Source of the DNA: an uncultured Acidobacteriaceae bacterium
GTDB lineage: Bacteria > Acidobacteriota > Terriglobia > Terriglobales > Acidobacteriaceae
Assembly: GCA_963808025.1 (NCBI GenBank)
Contig: CAWEEI010000006.1
Location: 145,519-209,518 of the forward strand
DNA length: 64,000 nt
Direction: 5' to 3'
In this document: one piece after another, positions 58,592 to 64,000 of the stretch
Layout: the number at the start of each line of letters is the position of its first letter
Numbering within the stretch: position 1 is the stretch's first letter
The notes under the pieces: generated by a model
What the model was told of the DNA's origin: nothing
Databases searched by the model: none
Seen by the model: the letters and a program-made list of their open reading frames with translations, nothing else
Program-made: the position numbers and the translations under genes

Positions 58592-59770
58592 TTGGAACCG
58601 AATCCGTTTCTCGGCGTCATCTTCCACTGGATTGGCGGCTTCTGCTCCGCCACCAACTTTATCCCGTTCCGCGGCATCAAGCGCTGGTCGTGGGAGGTCT
58701 ACTGGCCCATCCAGGGCTTTGCGGCCTGGATCATCGCCCCCACCGTCCTCGCCACCATCTTCATCCCCAACGTCTTCGGCATCCTCAGCGCTGTCTATGC
58801 CAGCAACCCTCGCGACGTGCAGTATGCCTTCCTCTTCGGCGTGCTGTGGGGAGTGGGCGGCATCACCTTCGGGCTGGCCATCCGCTACCTCGGCATTGCG
58901 CTGGGGTACGCCATCGCGCTGGGCCTGTGCGCCTTCTTCGGAACGCTGGTGCCGCCGGTCTACCACGGGCAGATCGTCACGCTCTTCCACCAGAGTTCGG
59001 GCAGGATCATTCTGCTCGGCGTGCTGGTATGCCTCTTCGGCGTGGCGGTGAACGGCGCGGCCGGCTACTCCAAGGAGCAGGAGATTACGCCGGAGGAGAA
59101 GGCCGAAGCGGGCGAACGCGACTACAACTTCGGCAAGGGCATCGCGATTGCGATCCTGGCCGGCTTTATGAGCTCGTTCTTTGCGTTCGGCCTGGATGCG
59201 GGCAAGCCGATCGGCGACCTTACGGCGTCGCACCTGATCGCGGCGGGGATGACGGGGCGGCTGGTGCTGAAGAACCTGCCTATCTTGATTGTGGTCCTGT
59301 GGGGAGGGTTCGCGACGAACTTTGTGTGGTCTGCGATCCTCATCTTCCAGAACGGCTCAGTGAAGCAGTTCTTCGGCGAGCCGGGCAGCAACCCCATGCG
59401 CGCCGCGGCGACCTCCGGCGACACGCTGGTGGACTTCGATCCGCTGGACCCCTCCACCTACGATCGCCTCGCTCCGGCCACGCTGATCGCCAACTACATC
59501 TTTGCGGCCATGGCCGGCGTCATCTGGTACTTCCAGTTCTTCTTCTACTCCATGGGCCAGACCAAGATGGGCAAGTACGACTTCTCGTCATGGACGCTGC
59601 ACATGGCGTCGATCATCATCTTCGCCACGCTGTGGGGACTGGTGCTGAAGGAGTGGCACGGCACGAGCGTGCGCACCAAGGTGCTGGTGACCTGCGGGCT
59701 GCTGCTGCTGGTAGGGTCGACGGTCGTCGTGGGCTACGGCAACTACATCCACGCGGTCACGGGAATGTAG
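58592..59770 (+). CDS. rhaT: L-rhamnose/proton symporter
   Basis: GVIFHWIGG, WSWEVYW, WGVGGITFGLAIRYLG, WYFQFFFY, SSWTLHMA, KEW. Confidence 0.92.
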   Translation: MEPNPFLGVIFHWIGGFCSATNFIPFRGIKRWSWEVYWPIQGFAAWIIAPTVLATIFIPNVFGILSAVYASNPRDVQYAFLFGVLWGVGGITFGLAIRYLGIALGYAIALGLCAFFGTLVPPVYHGQIVTLFHQSSGRIILLGVLVCLFGVAVNGAAGYSKEQEITPEEKAEAGERDYNFGKGIAIAILAGFMSSFFAFGLDAGKPIGDLTASHLIAAGMTGRLVLKNLPILIVVLWGGFATNFVWSAILIFQNGSVKQFFGEPGSNPMRAAATSGDTLVDFDPLDPSTYDRLAPATLIANYIFAAMAGVIWYFQFFFYSMGQTKMGKYDFSSWTLHMASIIIFATLWGLVLKEWHGTSVRTKVLVTCGLLLLVGSTVVVGYGNYIHAVTGM

Positions 59771-59828
59771 AGGCGGGCGCGTCCATTTGTTGAATGGTCT
59801 CAACCCTCATTAGTACGTGAGCCGTTGA

Positions 59829-60812
59829 TTAGTCGAGCCCGCTGTCAGTAAATCGAAATGTGCTGCCGTCTTTCCATCCGAACGATAAGGGCAACCCATA
59901 CCGCTTAAGGCTCTTCAAATAATTTCGATCCGCTTCGGTGGGCTCGCAGTCAAGTACCAATATCCAGCGGTCGTGCTTTGTTCGTCCTGGATAATGGTTG
60001 TACTCCAAGATTTGGCCAAGGGCCTCGCGGATTGCTGGCTTCGGGTCCCCGCTGTAGGCAATTTTGAATTCGACCAAATAGGTCTTCTTGCGGAGGCTGA
60101 AGCTGACGTCAATGTTCCTACGCTCTATCTGACAAATCAGCCCACGTTCCGCTCGTATCCACTTTGTAAAGCTCTCGCAGAGCTTGACGTGTCTGCGCTC
60201 TATGGTTCTGATGGCTTCTTGCGTGTATCGGGTATAGGCTGCGCTTTCAAGTTGTCTCAGTCCAATCTGATACTCAATGGCGTTAGCTTCTTTTGTTTCT
60301 CCACGGGGCGCGGCCTTTCTCGTCGCATGATTACGAGCAATCAGCGCCTTGATTTTCCTAGCTTCAACGATTCCCAGATCGAGGACCGTAGCCTGCGCAG
60401 CCCATGGATTCGGATATGCCACCGGGTCAAAGTGTTGCTCCCATTCGACTGCGAGCTGATGGCGCCAAGGGCGCCTTTCCGAATCGATTATCGGAGTTCT
60501 CTCGACGTACCGGTATCCTAGCGTGCCCGCTGGACCCCGAACCCTCCCAACGCCGATCAGGCGAGAAGGATAGGATTCCGCTACATAGAGGGTGTCCCCT
60601 CCTCTGATCCTCCACGCAAACTTTCGCATGCTTCCGCTCTGAGAAGGCTCAAGGCGGTCCCACTGTGCCGGCAAGTTCTCTTCGGTAATTTTGGACAAGT
60701 CTACAGACTCGATAGGGTCGTAATGGATTGCTGCGACACCCTCGGCGAGGCATTTACGGAACATGTCAGCGCCGCCATTTCCAACCCTCATGCGCATTCT
60801 CCAATAGGCCAA
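59829..60812 (-). CDS. Putative restriction-like nuclease (N-terminal EVE/PUA-like domain, C-terminal PD-(D/E)XK)
   Basis: Lower GC; MAYWRM..IRGGDTLYV..IGVGRV..VEW; NIDVSF..YLVEFK..IREALGQILEY. Confidence 0.7.
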   Translation of the reverse strand: MAYWRMRMRVGNGGADMFRKCLAEGVAAIHYDPIESVDLSKITEENLPAQWDRLEPSQSGSMRKFAWRIRGGDTLYVAESYPSRLIGVGRVRGPAGTLGYRYVERTPIIDSERRPWRHQLAVEWEQHFDPVAYPNPWAAQATVLDLGIVEARKIKALIARNHATRKAAPRGETKEANAIEYQIGLRQLESAAYTRYTQEAIRTIERRHVKLCESFTKWIRAERGLICQIERRNIDVSFSLRKKTYLVEFKIAYSGDPKPAIREALGQILEYNHYPGRTKHDRWILVLDCEPTEADRNYLKSLKRYGLPLSFGWKDGSTFRFTDSGLD

Positions 60813-60938
60813 TGCTTCCTCCCTTTACTTGTGCAATCGATTGTTCGCTGCCGATCGCGACCATTATCTGATGCTACTGATTGATGCTGGGGAAGGTAGC
60901 CACGGGACGAAACATCGCATCACACTGCTCCAGCGGGT

Positions 60939-62225
60939 CTATGTTGAATAGTCCGCGTTGATGTGAACGTACTCGACGGTGAGGTCGCAGGTGAGGAAGC
61001 GGCAGGCACCATCGCCCGCACCGAGATCGATGGTGATGGTGTACTCGGGCTGCATCATGGCGGCGTGCGCGGCGGCCTCGTCGAAGGCTGCGGCGCGGAC
61101 GCCGTACTCGAAGACGGGCTGGGCGCCGATCCAGATGCGGGTGCGCTCCGCCTGGAACACAGCTCCACTGTAGCCAGCTGCCGCGAGCAGGCGGCCCCAG
61201 TTGGGGTCGCCGCTGGACCAGGCGGTCTTGCACAGCGGGCTGTTGGCGATGGCGCGGGCGACTTGTTTTGCCTCGGCTGCAGTGGCTGCGCCGCGAATGT
61301 CGAGGGTGACGACGTGGGTGACACCTTCGCCATCCGCGATGATCTGGTGGGCGAGAGATTGGCAGACCTCGGCGAGCGCGGCGTCGAAGGCAGGGACAAG
61401 CTCGCGGGTAAGGCGCACGCCGCTCGCTCCGCTGGCGAGCAGCAGGACGGTGTCGTTGGTCGAGGTGTCGCCGTCGATGGAGAGGGCGTTGAGGCTGGGC
61501 TCGACGGCGGCGGCGAGCGCGGCGTTCAGGTCGGCAACGTCCGCCGCCAGATCGGTAAAGAGATAGACCAGCATGGTGGCGTGGGGCGGCGCTGGTGGTG
61601 CGCTAACGGGCGCGCTGAGGCGGGGATGGATCATGCCGGCGCCTTTGGCCGCGCCCCAGATGCGAACGTCTGTAGTGGCCGAAGATTCCGCGTCTTCAAC
61701 CGCGAAGGACGCGGACGCTGTCTTGAGGCGCGTGTCTGTCGTCATGATCGCGCGGGCGAAGGCCTCGGCATGTCCGACGCCGCTGCCCATCGTAGCCTTC
61801 AGCTCGGGCATCGCGGCGACGACCTTCTCCGCGGGGAACGGCACGCCGATGATGCCGGTAGACGAGGGAAAGACCTCGTCGAAGATGCAGCCGAAGGTCT
61901 GCGCAGCGGCGACGCAGGTGGCGACGCAGCCCGCGATGCCCGGCTCCCCCGTAGCGCAGTTGGCGTTGCCTGCGTTGACGAGCAGCGCGCCCACGCGGCC
62001 TCCAGTGGCCAGCAGATGACGGCGGCCGACCGTGACCGGCGCCGCGACCACCTGGTTCGAGGTGAACATGACCGCGCCGGTGGCGATGCCCGCGGATGCG
62101 CCAGCACCGGTCACAACCGCGGCGGCGAGATCCAGATTCCCGCTGGCCTTGATTCCCGCCCGTACCGCGCCCCAGGCAAACCCCCGCGGCAACGCCCCCG
62201 CCGTGGAACCCACATCATCCTTCAT
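60939..62225 (-). CDS. argJ: Ornithine acetyltransferase
   Basis: NAGNANCATG, SSTGIIG, IMTTDT, KGAGMIHP..ATML, DGDTSTND, DGEG, DPNWGR, YVHINADYST. Confidence 0.97.
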   Translation of the reverse strand: MKDDVGSTAGALPRGFAWGAVRAGIKASGNLDLAAAVVTGAGASAGIATGAVMFTSNQVVAAPVTVGRRHLLATGGRVGALLVNAGNANCATGEPGIAGCVATCVAAAQTFGCIFDEVFPSSTGIIGVPFPAEKVVAAMPELKATMGSGVGHAEAFARAIMTTDTRLKTASASFAVEDAESSATTDVRIWGAAKGAGMIHPRLSAPVSAPPAPPHATMLVYLFTDLAADVADLNAALAAAVEPSLNALSIDGDTSTNDTVLLLASGASGVRLTRELVPAFDAALAEVCQSLAHQIIADGEGVTHVVTLDIRGAATAAEAKQVARAIANSPLCKTAWSSGDPNWGRLLAAAGYSGAVFQAERTRIWIGAQPVFEYGVRAAAFDEAAAHAAMMQPEYTITIDLGAGDGACRFLTCDLTVEYVHINADYST

Positions 62226-62270
62226 GCACTTACTCTACCAAGCAACGCCGACCCCACGCCCACGCTACTC

Positions 62271-63035
62271 TTACGGCAGAGGCTCCATCACCACCTGGAC
62301 ATCCAGCCGCTGTGTGCTCCCCGGGATATCCAGCGAACCCAGCATCAGCGGCTTGCCCGCAGTCAAAAACGACGCCCCTTCCAGCGACATCGTCCGGATC
62401 ACCGGCTGCTCCACCGGACCGGGGCCGGTCTTGTCCTCCTGAATCCCCGAATTTTCCACCAGGCTCTTCAGCCTCACCCCATTCACGGACTCCTCCAGCG
62501 TCGCCTCGAAGGTCATCCCCACATCCATATAGGTGAACTGCGTCTGGCTCCCTGCGCTGTAAGACCCGGTCGTCACCGGCACCCTGCTGTTCTGCTTCAT
62601 CGTGGTCATCTGCCCGGCGACCGCAACCAACGCGAAGCGCTGCGTCGCGACCAGCTTCGCGCCGTCCATCTCCGACACCGTAAATGTCAGCCGATACGTC
62701 TTCTTCGCCCGGTCGAGCTCGTCGATCAGCCTCTGCGCCGCCGCCACGTCCGCCGGCATGGCCTGGACGAGGATCGCGTCCTCGCTGGGGACCAGAAAGC
62801 ACTTGGCATAGGCAGGCATCAACTGCCGCAACGCCGTGAACACCTCATTCGTATCGCTGTGCTGGCTGACATTCTTGAGAAAAAATGTTCGCTCGATGGG
62901 GACGAACTCCGGGTTCGCCTTCGCCGGGCTCGCGTCGGTGGTGGGCTTGGGGGCAGTCTGGGCAGAAGCGCCCGAAGCAGAGAGCGCAGCTGCGAGAGCT
63001 GCGGCCAGAAGCGTAGTAGAAAACCTCATCGTCAT
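62271..63035 (-). CDS. Secreted protein with Secretin_N-like domain and a short secretin-like C-terminal part
   Basis: RTFFLKN..DAILVQAMPADVAAAQRLIDELDR; RVPVTTG..FTYMDVGM..PVIR..GKPLMLG. Confidence 0.65.
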   Translation of the reverse strand: MTMRFSTTLLAAALAAALSASGASAQTAPKPTTDASPAKANPEFVPIERTFFLKNVSQHSDTNEVFTALRQLMPAYAKCFLVPSEDAILVQAMPADVAAAQRLIDELDRAKKTYRLTFTVSEMDGAKLVATQRFALVAVAGQMTTMKQNSRVPVTTGSYSAGSQTQFTYMDVGMTFEATLEESVNGVRLKSLVENSGIQEDKTGPGPVEQPVIRTMSLEGASFLTAGKPLMLGSLDIPGSTQRLDVQVVMEPLP

Positions 63036-63061
63036 TCTCCTTGTTCCTTCACGGTTCCAAC

Positions 63062-63700
63062 TCATTCGTGGACTTCCATGGCCGGCAGCGGCGGAGAAGG
63101 CGGTGGGGTGAAGAACTTCTTGAACTCCTCCTCCTGCTGCGCCCCCAGCCTCGCCTCCGTCTCGTCATCCATCGCCGCAAGCTGCTTCGCATCCGGCGTC
63201 CGCGCCAGGAGCACCAGCTCGCGCTCCTGTTCGGTCAGGGGCAGCTGCGGGGCCTGCCTGACAACGGCCAAGGTCCGCACCCCTGTCGAGGCCGTTCCGG
63301 GTAGCACGGCAGCAACCAGACGAGCCGCCCGAACCGCCGGACGGGCGCACGGCCCGTCGCCAACAACACCCCTCGCCCTACCGCCGGCAAAGTCCGCGGC
63401 GACAACTCCCCCCGGCGCCGCGGTCCCGCTGGCCGGCGCTGCCTGCGACATGTGCGATCGCTGCGGCGCCGCCCGCAGCCGGTGCTGGATCAGCGCCATA
63501 CTCCCCACCACCAGCATCGCCGCCGCCGCACCGCAGGCCGCCCCGCGCCACCACGCACGCGCCACAACCCGCTCGGCCGGCGCCATCGCAGCCCGCGCCT
63601 GCAGCCGCTGCGCCACCCGCGCCTCGATCCCCTCCGGAGCCGCAATCTCCCGCAAAGCCCTCAGCGTTTGATCGATCTCCTCATCCCATTTATCCCGCAT
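63062..63700 (-). CDS. Putative anti-sigma membrane protein
   Basis: DEEIDQTLRAL..APEGIEARVAQRL..WWRGAACGAAAAMLVV TM; downstream of an ECF sigma. Confidence 0.65.
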   Translation of the reverse strand: MRDKWDEEIDQTLRALREIAAPEGIEARVAQRLQARAAMAPAERVVARAWWRGAACGAAAAMLVVGSMALIQHRLRAAPQRSHMSQAAPASGTAAPGGVVAADFAGGRARGVVGDGPCARPAVRAARLVAAVLPGTASTGVRTLAVVRQAPQLPLTEQERELVLLARTPDAKQLAAMDDETEARLGAQQEEEFKKFFTPPPSPPLPAMEVHE

Positions 63701-63723
63701 AACCCCTCCTCTCCACAACCGAA

Positions 63724-64000
63724 TCAATCCCGCAACCGCGCCCGAAGATGCGCCCGCGCCCGAAACAGCAGCGACCGCACACTCGACTCGCTCTTCCCCA
63801 GCACCGTCCCAATCTCCGCCGTACTCAACTCTTCCATCGCCGAGAGCAGCAGTGCCTCCCGCTCATGCCTGGGTAGCCGCTCCATCGCGCCCAGCACGCG
63901 GGCGATGCGCGCGGCCTCGGCGAGGGCGTCGTCGGCCGGGGTGTCGCGCGCGACCAGCTCGGCGGCCAAGGCCTCGTCCATCTGCTCCGGCCGCACACGG
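63724..64000 (-). CDS. ECF RNA polymerase sigma factor (C-terminal part, truncated by window end)
   Basis: AMERLPRHEREALLLSAMEELSTAEIGTVLGKSESSVRSLLFRARAHLR (region 4). Confidence 0.88.
   Translation of the reverse strand, partial: RVRPEQMDEALAAELVARDTPADDALAEAARIARVLGAMERLPRHEREALLLSAMEELSTAEIGTVLGKSESSVRSLLFRARAHLRARLRD

Noticed and set aside
59785-59825. Possible duplicate of the argJ 3' end flanking the nuclease gene
   Set aside because: Only about 11 of 12 nt match (tgttgaat.gtc); too short to support

Overview
GC-rich bacterial chromosome segment, most likely Acidobacteriota (Granulicella/Edaphobacter-like), judged from a TIGR03435-type protein, an acidobacterial VWA protein and the palindromic repeat types. 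Many essential genes (hemA, mutS, clpX, lon, tig, clpC) carry single-base frameshifts, best read as long-read consensus indels, so CDS coordinates span the joined frames. The core content, in order, is: family 2A encapsulin plus cargo cysteine desulfurase, tRNA-fMet, ppiD, malQ, ccsA-like/hemA, mutS-anmK-peptide ABC binding protein, tRNA-Gln, SpoIVB-like S55 peptidase plus beta-propeller partner, lolC/E and lolD, clpC, udgB, tig-clpP-clpX-lon, a SAM-I riboswitch controlling a threonine-synthase-like enzyme and a sulfur carrier, a DUF433/PIN toxin-antitoxin pair, gpmI, a rhamnose isomerase-lutABC-rhaT cluster, argJ and an ECF sigma operon. Several lower-GC single-gene insertions are interspersed. 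The most unusual signals are: (1) a helically phased array of DnaA-box-like motifs in-frame inside mutS; (2) two families of REP-like palindromes, 13 copies all in the same strand orientation, 7 of them inside coding sequences; (3) a 71-nt four-way-junction RNA candidate; (4) the SAM-riboswitch sulfur-carrier route to homocysteine; (5) a glycosyltransferase carrying a duplicated copy of the gpmI 3' end; (6) a mini-secretin in an ECF operon; (7) local GC-skew reversals.
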